Source: Eledone cirrhosa
Taxonomy: Eukaryota
NCBI GenBank assembly: GCA_964016885.1
Contig: OZ024740.1
Span: 113,398,001-113,462,000 of the forward strand
Length of the DNA stretch: 64,000 nt
Reading direction: 5' to 3'
Shown here: piece by piece, positions 43,501-57,353 of the stretch
How positions within the stretch are numbered: position 1 is the stretch's first letter
Layout of the letters: the number at the start of each line of letters is the position of its first letter
Translations under genes and position numbers: made by a program
Notes under the pieces: model-generated
Told to the model about the DNA's origin: nothing
The model's input: only the letters and a program-made list of their open reading frames with translations
The model's database searches: none

Positions 43501-46500
43501 CGACAACGACCACTGCAACAATAAATACAACAACTACTACAACAATAAGAATGACAACAACCACGACAACGACCACTGCAACAATAAATACAACAACTAC
43601 TACAACAATAAGAGTGACAACAACCATGACAACGACCACTGCAACAATAAATACAACAACTACTACAACAATAAGAATGACAACAACCATGACAACGACC
43701 ACTGCAACAATAAATACAACAACTACTACAACAATAAGAGTGACAACAACCACGACAACGACCACTGCAACAATAAATACAACAACTACTACAACAATAA
43801 GAGTGACAACAACCACGACAACGACCACTGCAACAATAAATACAACAACTACTACAACAATAAGAGTGACAACAACCACGACAACGACCACTGCAACAAT
43901 AAATACAACAACTACTACAACAATAAGAGTGACAACAACCATGTCAACGACCACAGCAACAATAAATACAACAACTACTACAACAATAAGAATGACAACA
44001 ACCATGACAACGACCACTGCAACAATAAATACAACAACTACTACAACAATAAGAGTGACAACAACCACGACAACGACCACTGCAACAATAAATACAACAA
44101 CCACTACAACAATAAGAGTGACAACAACCATGACAACGACCACTGCAACAATAAATACAACAACTACTACAACAATAAAAGTGACAACAACCATGACAAC
44201 GACCACAGCAACAATAAATACAACAACTACTACAACAATAAGAATGACAACAACCATGACAACGACCACTGCAACAATAAATACAACAACTACTACAACA
44301 ATAAGAGTGACAACAACCATGACAACGACCACTGCAACAATAAATACAACAACTACTACAACAATAAGTGTCAACAACCATGACAACGACCACTGCAACA
44401 ATAAATACAACAACTACTACAACAATAAGAGTGACAACAACCAAGACAACAATAAGAGTGACAACAACCATGACAACGACCACTGCAACAATAAATACAA
44501 CAACTACTACAACAATAAGAGTGACAACAACCACGACAACGACCACAGCAATAATAAATACAACAACTACTACAACAAGAAGAGTGACAACAAGCATGAC
44601 AACAACCACTGCAACAATAAATACAACAACTACTACAACAATAAGAGTGACAACAACCACGACAACGACCACTGCAACAATAAATACAACAACTACTACA
44701 ACAATAAGAGTGACAACAACCATGACAACGACCACTGCAACAATAAATACAACAACTACTACAACAATAAGAGCGACAACAACCAAGACAACGACCACAG
44801 CCACAATAAATACAACAACTACTACAACAAGAAGAGTCACAACAACCATGACAACGACCACTGCAACAATAAATACAACAACTACTACAACAATAAGAAT
44901 GACAACAACCATGACAACAACCACTGCAACAATAAATACAACAACTACTACAACAATAAGAGTGACAACAACCACGACAACGACCACTGCAACAATAAAT
45001 ACAACAACTACTACAACAATAAGAGTGACAACAACCATGACAACGACCACTGCAACAATAAATACAACAACAACTACAACAATAAGAGCGACAACAACCA
45101 AGACAACGACCACAGCAACAATAAATACAACAACTACTACAACAAGAAGAGTGACAACAACCACGACAACGACCACTGCAACAATAAATACAACAACTAC
45201 TACAACAATAAGAGCGACAACAACCAAGACAACGACCACAGCTACAATAAATACAACAACTACTACAACAATAAGAGTGACAACAACCATGACAACGACC
45301 ACTGCAACAATAAATACAACAACTACTACAACAATAAGAGTGACAACAACCATGACAACGACCACTGCAACAATAAATACAACAACTACTACAACAATAA
45401 GAGTGACAACAACCACGACAACGACCACTGCAACAATAAATACAACAACTACTACAACAATAAGAGTGACAACAACCATGACAACGACCACTGCAACAAT
45501 AAATACAACAACTACTACAACAATAAGAGTGACAAAAACCACGACAACGACCACTGCAACAATAAATACAACAACTACTACAACAATAAAAGTGACAACA
45601 ACCATGTCAACGACCACTGCAACAATAAATACAACAACTACTACAACAATAAGAGTGACAACAACCATGACAACGACCACTGCAACAATAGATACAACAA
45701 CTACTACAACAATAAGAGTGACAACAACCACGACAACGACCACTGCAACAATAAATACAACAACTACTACAAAAATAAGAGTGACAACAACCACGACAAC
45801 GTCCACTGCAACAATAAATACAACAACTACTACAACAATAAGAGTGACAACAACCACGACAACGACCACTGCAACAATAAATACAACAACTACTACAACA
45901 ATAAGAGTGACAACAACCACGACAACGTCCACTGCAACAATAAATACAACAACTACTACAACAATAAGAGTGACAACAACCACGACAACGACCACTGCAA
46001 CAATAAATACAACAACTACTACAACAATAAGAGTGGCAACAACCACAACAACGTCCACTGCAACAATAAATACAACAACTACTACAACAATAAGAGTGAC
46101 AACAACCACGACAACGACCACTGCAACAATAAATACAACAACTACTACAACAATAAGAGTGACACCAACCACGACAACGACCACTGCAACAATAAATACA
46201 ACAACTACTACAAAAATAAGAGTGACAACAACCACGACAACGTCCACTGCAACAATAAATACAACAACTACTACAACAATAAGAGTGACAACAACCACGA
46301 CAACGACCACTGCAACAATAAATACAACAACTACTACAAAAATAAGAGTGACAACAACCACGACAACGTCCACTGCAACAATAAATACAACAACTACTAC
46401 AACAATAAGAGTGACAACAACCACGACAACGACCACTGCAACAATAAATACAACAACTACTACAACAATAAGAGTGGCAACAACCACAACAACGTCCACT

Positions 46501-47770
46501 GCAACAATAAATACAACAACTACTACAACAATAAGAGTGACAACAACCATGACAACGACCACTGCTACAATAGATACAACAACTACTACAACAACTACTA
46601 CAACAATAAGAGTGACAACAACCACGACAACGACCATTGCAACAATAAATACAACAACTACTACAACAATAAGAGTGACAACAACCATGACAACGACCAC
46701 TGCAACAATAAATACAACAACTACTACAACAATAAGAGTGACAACAACCATGACAACGACCACTGCAACAATAAATACAACAACTACTACAACAATAAGA
46801 GTGACAACAACAATGGCAACGACCACTGCAACAATAAATACAACAACTACTACAACAATAAGAGTGACAACAACCATGGCAACGACCACTGCAACAATAA
46901 ATACAACAACTACTACAACAATAAGAGTGACAACAACCACGACAACGACCACAGCAACAATAAATACAACAACTACTACAACAATAAGAGTGACAACAAC
47001 CATGGCAACGACCACTGCAACAATAAATACAACTACTACAACAATAAGAGTGACAACAACCACGACAACGACCACTGCAACAATAAATACAACAACTACT
47101 ACAACAATACGAGTCACAACAACCAAGACAACAATAAGAGTGACAACAACCATGACAACGACCACAGCAACACTAAATACAACAACTACTACAACAATAA
47201 GAGTGACAACAACCATGACAACGACCACTGCAACAATAAATACAACAACTACTACAACAATAAGAGTGACAACAACCATGACAACGACCACAGCAACAAT
47301 AAATACAACAACTACTACAACAATAAGAGTGACAACAACCATGACAACGACCACTGCAACAATAAATACAACAACTACTACAACAATAAGAGTGACAACA
47401 ACCATGACAACGACCACAACAACAATAAATACAACAACTACTACAACAATAAGAGTGACAACAACCATGACAACGACCACTGCAACAATAAATACAACAA
47501 CTACTACAACAATAAGAGTGACAACAACCATGACAACGACCACTGCAACAATAAATACAACAACTACTACAACAATAAGAGTGACAACAACCATGACAAC
47601 GACCACTGCAACAATAGATACAACAACTACTACAACAATAAGAGTGACAACAACCACGACAACGACCACTGCAACAATAAATACAACAACTACTACAACA
47701 ATAAGAGTGACAACAACCATGACAACGACCACAGCAACAATAAATACAACAACTACAATAACTACTAACA
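28570..47770. repeat. 63-bp minisatellite/satellite array, roughly 300 copies
   Basis: Consensus acaacaataagagtgacaacaaccatgacaacgaccactgcaacaataaatacaacaactact; 24-bp, 12-bp and 3-bp length variants. Confidence 0.97.
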
Positions 47771-47790
47771 TTGCAACAATTATAAAATGA
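28605..47790 (+). CDS. Hypothetical Thr-rich mucin-like repeat ORF (TTIRVTTTMTTTTATINTTTT)n with a single frameshift at ~44370; coding status unproven
   Basis: The Thr frame is open for 28605-44370 and 44368-47790, with an N-T-T sequon in most units. No signal peptide or clear splice sites, and other frames are also open. Confidence 0.22.
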
Positions 47791-48720
47791 GCGCTACAAG
47801 AAATCCAATAGCAACCGCTACAACGTGCACTGCAACAACCACGATAACCACTACTACAACTACCACAACAGCAACTACTACAACAGCAACTATTACAACA
47901 ACCAAAATGAACGCTACAAGAACTCTAACAACAACCGCTACAACGTGCACTGCAACAACCACGATAACCACTACTACAACTACTACAACTACCACAACAG
48001 CAACTACTCAACAGCAACTATTACAATAACCACTACAATAAGAGTGACATCAACCCAGACAACGGCCCCTGCAACAATAACAGCAATAACTATTTCTACT
48101 TTTGGCACAAGGCCAGCAATAACTCAGTACATTACTGGTGCTTATTATATCGACCCCGTGAGGATGAAAGTCAAAGTTAACCCCGGCGGGATTTGAGCTC
48201 AGTCCATAACGTAACTCAGTGTTACAAAGCATGGCGTCCGACCCTCAACAGCAGCAACAACGTACACCGAACGTTACAAGGACGCCAACAACAACCTCTG
48301 AAGCATCGGCTAGAAAAACGACAACGGCAACTGTAAAAGCACCAACACCCACTTGAAAGGCTGCAACAACAACAACAACAACACCGACATCTACAACAAA
48401 CTCTGTAACAAGGTCTACAACAATAATGAAACCAACGCAAAGATGTCAAACTCTACAAGAAGAACAACAACAACAACGACACGAAGAACTATATCTACTG
48501 CAAGAACGACAACAACAGTAAAAGCAACAACTAAAGAAACAACAGCAACAATGCCAATGAAATGAACCACTACAACATGAAATCTAACATCGACTCTATC
48601 AGCAACCATCACTATAAAGACAGCTACAGTAACAAGAACAACATGTGGAACTATTAATAAGGAATTGACACAGCGACATCTGAGGCTACTGATAAAGTTA
48701 ACGTAATATAACTGTAACAA
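47770..48720. repeat. Diverged (ACA)-rich flank of the satellite, including a ~120-bp duplication
   Basis: aaaatga.cgctacaagaa..caaccgctacaacgtgcactgcaacaaccacgataaccactac occurs at ~47784 and ~47904. Confidence 0.75.
48086..48246 (-). mobile_element. tRNA-derived SINE inserted in the satellite flank
   Basis: Reverse complement of the 9306 family. Confidence 0.8.
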
Positions 48721-48746
48721 GTAGCACCAGTATCACTACCACATCT

Positions 48747-48802
48747 TACTACTACTACTACTACTACTACTACTATTACTACTTCCACCACCACCACCCC
48801 AT

Positions 48803-48859
<57 letters not shown>

Positions 48860-48942
48860 ACGCCACAGTGTACTAGTACTACTAGTAGTAGTAGTGTTAG
48901 TAGTAGTATTGGTGGTAGTAGTAGTAGTAATAGTAGTAGTCC

Positions 48943-48993
<51 letters not shown>
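48747..48993. repeat. (CTA)n followed by (TAG)n: inverted trinucleotide microsatellite
   Basis: Direct reading. Confidence 0.85.
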
Positions 48994-48994
<1 letters not shown>

Positions 48995-49322
48995 TAGACA
49001 AAAAGTAAAATTCATAACCCTTTCAAGATTTCTACGGTTGTTTGTTTACATACTGGCTAAAAAGATAACAGAAATGCGTCAGTCTACTTTTGTATACCTT
49101 GTAGCACAGCCGACAGCAGTTGTAAGTTCGAGACCCACAGATAATGCTTTCAACTTTTTTTACAGCAATAGGGGGTGATATGCCCAAATTATATAACTAT
49201 GTTTCATAGTCAAGAACCTGCATTGAGATTGTTAACTTTAAGCTGACAAGCCAACATATATATTATAATTCATAACTCACTTCTAAAAATACGATTGTTT
49301 TTGTATATATATATATACGTGA

Positions 49323-51824
49323 TACGACAGTAAAGAAGAACAGATAGAGACATTCAATGTAGAAGAGCACTGGGATTTCCGAAAAAATAACTTACTAGAG
49401 GCGACAGATGAGGTCTGTGGCTGGAGTAAGACCACAAGCAGGAGGAGAGTGACTTGGTGGTGGAACAATAAGGTAGATGAGGCAGTTAAGGCCAAGAGAC
49501 AGGCATGGAAAGAATGGAAGAACGGGGGGAGCAGGGTACATTACATAGAGACCAAGAGGGAAGCTAGGCGACAAGTATACTTAGCTAGGAGGGAAGCAGA
49601 GGATAGAAAATTCAAGCATGTTTTGCAACGTGAGGACCAGAAACAGGAGGTGTTCAAGATTGCGAGGCAGTGTGTCAGAGAGAATTGTCATGTCACTGGA
49701 GAGAAGTGTATCCGGAATGATAAAGGTGAGCTTGCCCTCACAAGTGCTGAGAAGAAAGATGCATGGAAGAGTCATTATGATAGATTACTAAATGAGGAGA
49801 ATGCATGGGAAGAGACCCTACCCCAAGTAGACCCTATAGAGGGGTCAGCAGTACAAGTCAGCAGCAGCGTAGTAAGTAAGGCAATCAAAGATATGAAGAT
49901 GGGGAAGGCAACCGGTCCATCGGATATAGCTGCCGAGATGCTGAAGGAATCTGGGTATGTAGGTCACACTATAACCACACGTTTTGTTAACCAGGTAATA
50001 CTAGGTATCATACCAAAAGATTGGTGCAGTAGCATCATTGTCAACTGCTACAAAGGTAAAGGTGATGCACTCGATATAGGAAATTATAGAGGTATAAAGC
50101 TGATGGACCAGGTCATGAAAGTAACAGAAAGAGTTATAGCTCAGTTGATTAGGGACCGGGTGAAACTAGATGAGATGCAATTTGGGTTTGTACCAGGAAG
50201 AGGCACCACTGATGCCCTCTTCCTTCTCTTCCTTGTGAGGCAGTTACAGGAAAAGTACCTAGCTAAAAGTAAGCCACTCTACCTGGCATTCGTCGATCTC
50301 GAGAAAGCCTTTGACACAGTTCCACGTGCTGTAATCTGGTGGGCTGTTAGAAAACTAGGAGTAGATGAATGGCTTGTGAAAGCTGTACAAGCCATGTATA
50401 GTGGAGCAGTCAGCAAAGTTAGGATTAGCAATGAGTATAGCGAAGAATTTAGCGTACAGGTTGGGGTCCAGCAGGGCTCTGTTCTTAGCCCTCTCCTGTT
50501 CATCATAGTCCTGCAGGCAATAACGGAGGACTTTAAGACCGGATGCCCATGGGAACTCCTGTATGCTGATGACCTCGCACTTATAGCTGAATCTATGGTA
50601 GAACTAGAGAAGAAATTCCAAACTTGGAAGCAGGGACTAGAAAGAAAGGGTCACAAAGTCAACATGACAAAGACTAAGGTCCTTGTAAGTAGACGAGAAA
50701 ACAGAACCCAGATCCCCTCAGGGAAATGGCCTTGCTCAGTATGTAGGAAAGGTGTAGGTAGGAACTCCATTCTCTGCCCCAAATGCAAACAATGGGTACA
50801 CAAGAGATGTAGCGGGATCTCAGGAAGCTTAAATAAGAATGTAGGCTTCACATGCAGCAGCTGTACTGGGACAGCAAGCTGCAAACAGCCACAGGAATCA
50901 AGTACCACCAATCTCTGGGAGGGCTCTGTAGAGACAGTAGACAGCTTCTGCTACCTAGGTGACGGAATTAGCAGCGGAGGTGGGTGTTCAGAAAGTACAA
51001 TAACTAGGGTAAGAACGGGATGGAAGAAGTTCAGGGAACTACTACCACTGCTAGCTGCAAAAGGCTTCTCCCACAAAATGAAAGGCAGACTGTATGATGT
51101 GTGTATCCGAACAGCAATGTTACATGGTAGTGAGACCTGGGCGCCGAAGGTGGAAGACTTGCGTAGATTAGAGAGAAACGAAGCCTGTATGCTCCGATGG
51201 ATGTGTAATAGTAATATACGCGAACGACAAAGCATAAATGAATTGAGAGAGAGACTGAGCATAAGAGGAATCAAATGATGTGTGCAGGAGAGGCAGTTGC
51301 GTTGGTATGGACATGTGATGCGTATGAAGGATGACAGCTGCATAAAAAGGTGCAAAACACTAGAAGTCGATGGAAACCGCGGAGTGGGGCGATCCAAGAT
51401 GACCTGGGATGAGGTGATAAAAGCCGACCTTACCCAATTAGACCTCTCAAATGCGATGACACACGACCGTGACGTCTGGCGTCACGCAGTAATACAAAGT
51501 ACCCGACCTCCCATGGGTACAAGCTGAAGCATATAGACAATATGCCCACACACCCTTCCACTGCAAGGTGGTCGTGGAGGTGCCACGGCAAAAAAGCACC
51601 CAACCCACACTGTAAAGTGGACGTGTAGGCGCCACGGAATAAAGCACCCAGCACTCACTGTAAATGAGGTTGGTGTTAGGAAGGGCATCCAGCTGTAGAA
51701 ATCAAGCCAAATCAGTTCCTGTATGAGCAAGGCAATGGTCAGCCGACCAGACACTGCCCACAACAGGACAACCCGTCTAACCCATGCTAGCGTGGAAGAA
51801 CGGAGGTAAAACGGTGATGATGAT
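49323..51824 (+). mobile_element. 5'-truncated RTE-clade LINE with 3' UTR and (TGA)n tail
   Basis: RT ORF plus 3' UTR ..ggttggtgttaggaagggcatccagctgtagaaa..cccatgctagcgtggaagaacgga..tgatgatgat. Confidence 0.92.
49449..51527 (+). pseudogene. RTE reverse transcriptase with embedded PHD-like Cys/His cluster; premature TGA at 51276-51278
   Basis: QFGFVPGRGTTDA, AFVDLEKAFD, GVQQGSVLSPLLF, LLYADDLAL, CSVC..CPKCKQWVHKRC..CSSC, FCYLGD, then LRWYGHVMRM after the stop; no endonuclease domain (truncated). Confidence 0.92.
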
Positions 51825-51833
51825 ATATGTGTT

Positions 51834-51911
<78 letters not shown>

Positions 51912-52499
51912 TATAGAGAAAATTGAGGTTGGTAATGGCACATGGAATATATAAGAGACAGAATACTTTTTTGTGAAAAAACATATAATTTTATAAGGTA
52001 AGGAAATAATAAAGGGTATAAAAAATGACCGGTTTCGATGGGTCTGCAAAAGCCATCTTTTCAAATGTTGATTAATATTAAGAAAAATTAATAATAAGAA
52101 GAGTTAAAATTTGAGATTTGAAAATTGAAGTATAGAATTCATTGTGGGATTTCATAGTAGTTTTCATCTTGGTAGCAACTCGTTGACTGCTTCTGGTAGT
52201 GAATGAGTTATTTGGTGGTGTGGGTTATTTTATAAAGGTCAAATTTAGCAATGGCCAGAAGGCCAGCTGCTGGTCAGTGAGGGGGTGGAAGCAATATACA
52301 TACATATATCTTCCTGTGCTCGGTAGGAGAGGGGAGATTGATAGAAAGGGATTTAGTGCACTTACACCTATATATACACACATACCTTCATCCACACATA
52401 CATACACACACATATATATATATATATATACATACACACATACATACATACACACATACATATACATACACACATACACACACACACATATATGCACAT

Positions 52500-52546
<47 letters not shown>

Positions 52547-52654
52547 TGTGTATGTATATGTGTGTATATATATGTATGTACACATATATATATATATGTG
52601 TGTGTGTGTGTGTATGTATGTATGTGTGTATCTGGATGTATGTGTATGTATATA

Positions 52655-52689
<35 letters not shown>

Positions 52690-52762
52690 GTGTGTATGTG
52701 CATGTATGTGTGTGTGTGTATGTGTGTATGTATATGTATGTGTGTGTGTATGTATGTGTGTA

Positions 52763-52815
<53 letters not shown>

Positions 52816-53361
52816 ATGTATGTGTGGATGAAGGTATGTGTGTATATATAGGTGTAAGTGCACTAAATCCCTTTCTATCAATCTCCCCTCTCCTACCGAG
52901 CACAGGAAGATATATGTATGTATATTGCTTCCACCCCCTCACTGACCAGCAGCTGGCCTTCTGGCCATTGCTAAATTTGACCTTTATAAAATAACCCACA
53001 CCCCAAATAACTTCTCATTCACTACCAGAAGCAGTCAACGAGTTGCTACCAAGATGAAAACTACTATGAAATCCCACAATGAATTCTATACTTCAATTTT
53101 CAAATCTCAAATTTTAACTCTTCTTATTATTAATTTTTCTTAATATTAATCAACATTTGAAAAGATGGCTTTTGCAGTCACATCGAAACCGGTCATTTTT
53201 TATACCCTTTATTATTTCCTTACCTTATAAAATTATATGTTTTTTCACAAAAAAGTATTCTGTCTCTTATATATTCCATGTGCCATGACCAACCTCAATT
53301 TTCTCTATAACCTTCGTTTTGTGTAGTAAATTACACTTTTCATATATGTTTATATATATAT

Positions 53362-53402
<41 letters not shown>

Positions 53403-53499
53403 AACATATATCATCCTCGCCGTTTTACGTCCGTTCTTCCACGCTAGCATGGGTTAGACGGGTTGTCCTGTTGTGGGCAGTGTCTGGTCGGCTGACCAT
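51735..53499. repeat. ~1.76-kb palindrome: LINE tail + (TA)n + ~480-bp unique arm + microsatellite centre, mirrored
   Basis: 51735-51840 mirrors 53395-53499; 51911-52400 mirrors 52820-53309. Confidence 0.92.
53152..53199 (+). ncRNA. Variant-core (U3-A8) hammerhead-like motif (minus copy at 52022-52069)
   Basis: aacat-TTGAAAA-gatg..catc-GAAA-ccgg-TC-atttt; stem I is weak with one mismatch. Confidence 0.5.
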
Positions 53500-53526
53500 G
53501 CCTAGCTCATATGTTTATATATATAT

Positions 53527-53560
<34 letters not shown>

Positions 53561-53565
<5 letters not shown>

Positions 53566-53700
53566 TACAGAATTAGCCGTCGAAACGGCTTGAGCTCAGC
53601 CGTCGGGGTCTTACTTACTCCTATTACCCACTCTACTACCCTAAGTATTGAGTACTTTGGTGCGTTATGGTCCACCTGGTTCCTTACCACTTTTCCCTCG

Positions 53701-53702
<2 letters not shown>
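53561..53702 (+). repeat. Longest copy of the short TA-embedded family, carrying a 5'-truncated HHR
   Basis: (TA)n-ATGA-gtacag..ccgtc-GAAAC-ggcttgagctcagcc-GTC-ggggtc. Confidence 0.7.
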
Positions 53703-53755
<53 letters not shown>

Positions 53756-53768
53756 TTTATATATATAT

Positions 53769-53806
<38 letters not shown>

Positions 53807-53905
53807 TGCCCCCTCGTTATCGAGTATGGCCATTGCACAATAAAAAAAAATAAAAAATAAAAAAAAAAAAATAAATAAATAAATAAATAAATACATAAAT
53901 AAAAA

Positions 53906-53963
<58 letters not shown>

Positions 53964-53971
53964 GGGAAAAG

Positions 53972-54002
<31 letters not shown>

Positions 54003-54122
54003 TATACATACATATATATATACACATATATATACACACACACATACATACACATACATACATATATACACACACATACATACACATACACTCACACATA
54101 TATACACACATACATTAATAAC

Positions 54123-54159
<37 letters not shown>

Positions 54160-54238
54160 GCAATAATAATAATAACGACAACAACAATAATAATATACAT
54201 ATTCATATATATATACACACACACGCACGCACATAAGC

Positions 54239-54276
<38 letters not shown>

Positions 54277-54287
54277 GATAGCAACTA

Positions 54288-54470
54288 ACAGTGCTGCGAT
54301 CGAATGTGGCTTTTTAGCCCAGCCAATGATCTAAAATGTCTTGCACAGAGTCGGCAACCAAAACATTTACTGGGAATAGTCGGCTGTGGTTGGAGTTCGT
54401 GTACTTTTGCATGTCGCTTGAGTACTCCTGCTGATTTACATTCTCTACCACATGTTTGGCAAGCATGATG
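54288..54470 (-). pseudogene. Tandem C2H2 zinc-finger fragment, probably an RTE LINE C-terminus
   Basis: HACQTCGRECKSAGVLKRHAKVH..CRLCARHFRSLAGLKSHIRSQH*, isolated between microsatellites. Confidence 0.55.
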
Positions 54471-54471
54471 A

Positions 54472-54922
<451 letters not shown>

Positions 54923-54948
54923 ATATATATATATATATATATATAAAC

Positions 54949-54985
<37 letters not shown>

Positions 54986-55025
54986 CGTGTGTGTATGTAT
55001 ATATGTACGTATGTACATATATACA

Positions 55026-55086
<61 letters not shown>

Positions 55087-56665
55087 GCGACAAGCTTCAG
55101 CACAGTTCTCCTCTACAAAATGTTACTCACAAGCTGTTGTTATCAATCTGAGGTGACAGTAGATGTGAATTATCAAACGCGCCGTGAAGTGTGATTTGAA
55201 TCCGACTGTACGAGGCTGGGTAGCGAAATTCTTTACCACAGACCATGTTTGTTGAAGAGTAGATCTTATAACATTGTGGAATTCATTGCCTTTAATGTGG
55301 CACCTTAATAAATATGTCATAAAATGTTACATATGAATGTTTAGTAATAAACATCATCCTTAGCCAGAAAAGTGGCGCCGACTGGATTGAATATGTCGCC
55401 GTGCCTACAGGTGCTGCGCAAAACAAAACGTGATATATATATATATATATTTGTGTGTTTGTGTGTGCGTTGGGGTGAGGGGGGGTCTGTGTGTGTGTGC
55501 GTGCGTGCGTGTGTGTGTGTATAGTGTGTATTTATAAATATAAATATAGATATGTATATAAACGTAGCTACAGAACTTTACTATTCTTTCCGTGATTCAA
55601 ATGAGAACCTAACACTCATTAACGCTCAGTCAAACCACCCTATATAATTAGTTAAGGCCATAGTCAAAAACCTCTCTCGCATAATCTCCAGTATCTCTGT
55701 AAATCAAGAGATCTTCAATGAGAACGCAGATAAATTATAGCACAGCTTTAGCTAGAGCGTCCTACCGAGATAAAATTAGTTATAATCCCAGGGTAGAGAG
55801 ACATAGTAAGGATAGTAATAGACTAGACGGCAAACAAATAGTACCAACCAACAGAACTAATATAAGTAGAGTAGATATTAGAGATGGACATGTGTAACAA
55901 CAAATAACACCCGGTAGGAGTAACACTATTAGAACCCAGGAAACAAAGGATGCGCTGTGTGAACCCCAACCATATCACGGAAGTGTGGTAATGAAAACCT
56001 TGATGTGAAATATAAAAGCCAAATACAAGAGCCTGAACTCCAGTAACTTTGATAGCATTGAGCAGAGTGAAATAAACAAGAGATAATCCAAATATAGGAC
56101 AAATAAATCACACACTAAATACAATACCCTTAGGGATGGCACACCTCTAACGAGATACGGCACTCAATTCTAGAAATGAGACAAACCCCACTAACACAGC
56201 AACATATGATAACGCATGACATAGTCTCACCAACAAAAAAATATACATGCAAAAAATAATTTGGTTTAATCCACCATATTCAGCGTGACTCCGGATCAGC
56301 ATAGGTAAGCTTGTCTTCAAAGCGCTGGACAGATATTTCTCTGGGACACATAGTTATTACACTATATACACACATAATTAAGCTCTCATATTCTACTACC
56401 AACAGCTTAGCCAAACACATAGCTATAATTGATAAGGATAGACACGAACCAGATGTTGTTAACGTGGACCAGACGGTATCCAATAGAGATATACATACAA
56501 GCAACACTGCGACAAGTAAACCGGGCCGAGCTATAGAACCCCAACAGAAGCCATCACATCATGGATGCTAGAATATTAAACAGGAAGTGCAATTGCAGGA
56601 ACTCCAATGCAAGCCCACTAGATAATGTGTTAACGGTATATTTTCATATATACATATATCCTTCG

Positions 56666-56783
56666 GTGGATTGGCAGTATCGGTAGAGGGTCGGACGCCA
56701 TGCTTTGAACTCAGATCATAAAGGGCGGTAACTCTATACTGCAAAGCATAGTGTCCCACTCTCTACCGATACTGCCAATCCAC
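56666..56783. mobile_element. Two SINE 5' heads in inverted (convergent) orientation
   Basis: gtggattggcagtatcggtagag.. / ..ctctaccgatactgccaatccac. Confidence 0.75.
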
Positions 56784-57151
56784 GGCCCTTGGAACAAAAA
56801 TAATCGTACTATTCTAGAATACCTATTTTATCGCAAAACAACCCCATTGTATTTCGAAACACAATGGCATTAATCCCATATAATCAATCAAATGTGGGGA
56901 AAAAGAACCCCATGCGGTGAAAACGTATATTTCAAAAACAACATTTCTGACCAAGCCTTGAACTAATTCTGAGTTCTATGTCAAATTAACTTTTAAACAA
57001 ATATAGAATGATGAGTACCGAGAATCAACACAACTAAACTAGCTATGGTAGCTGAATGTCTTATACTGAATCAATATATGAGCTGGGCCATGGACGAGCA
57101 ACATCAAAACATGCCTGGGCATATCACTCATTCAAGAAATGATTACACAAT

Positions 57152-57212
57152 AGCTGTCTGATGAGGTCGTATCTATTACATAATAGATACCAACGAAATA
57201 TATATTACAGTT
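57152..57212 (+). ncRNA. Type I hammerhead ribozyme motif at the 3' end of the PLE remnant
   Basis: agctgt/acagtt; CTGATGA; long stem II containing gtatctatt..aatagatac; GAAA; atatatat; cleavage AUU after 57206. Confidence 0.75.
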
Positions 57213-57283
57213 TAAAAGTTATCAATAAAATAGGATTAAAGAATTGGGGGTCTACAAGATGGAAATATAAAATATAATAAATG

Positions 57284-57353
<70 letters not shown>

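Larger units (their letters stand above)
55590..57250 (+). pseudogene. Decayed Naiad-type PLE with 3' HHR-bearing terminal repeat
   Basis: INAQSNHP..IVKNLSRIISSISVNQEIFNEN and IIWFNPPYS..IGKLVFKALDRYF..IKLSYSTTNSLAKHIA; interrupted by a SINE hairpin. Confidence 0.7.

Noticed and set aside
28570-47770. CRISPR-like array
   Set aside because: Contiguous tandem units with no unique spacers, a eukaryotic context, and no cas genes.
28520-47771. Antisense poly-Val (5297 aa, 1275 aa) and Cys-rich (1875 aa) ORFs
   Set aside because: These are by-products of a 63-bp repeat lacking stops in those frames; the compositions are implausible and there is no unique flanking coding sequence.
51276-51278. Programmed readthrough in the RTE ORF
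   Set aside because: The element is 5'-truncated and carries other lesions (for example a small duplication, LFLLFL), so a plain nonsense mutation suffices.
54288-54470. Exon of a host C2H2 zinc-finger gene
   Set aside because: There is no TGEKP linker, it ends in a stop, it is isolated in microsatellites, and it resembles LINE C-terminal fingers.
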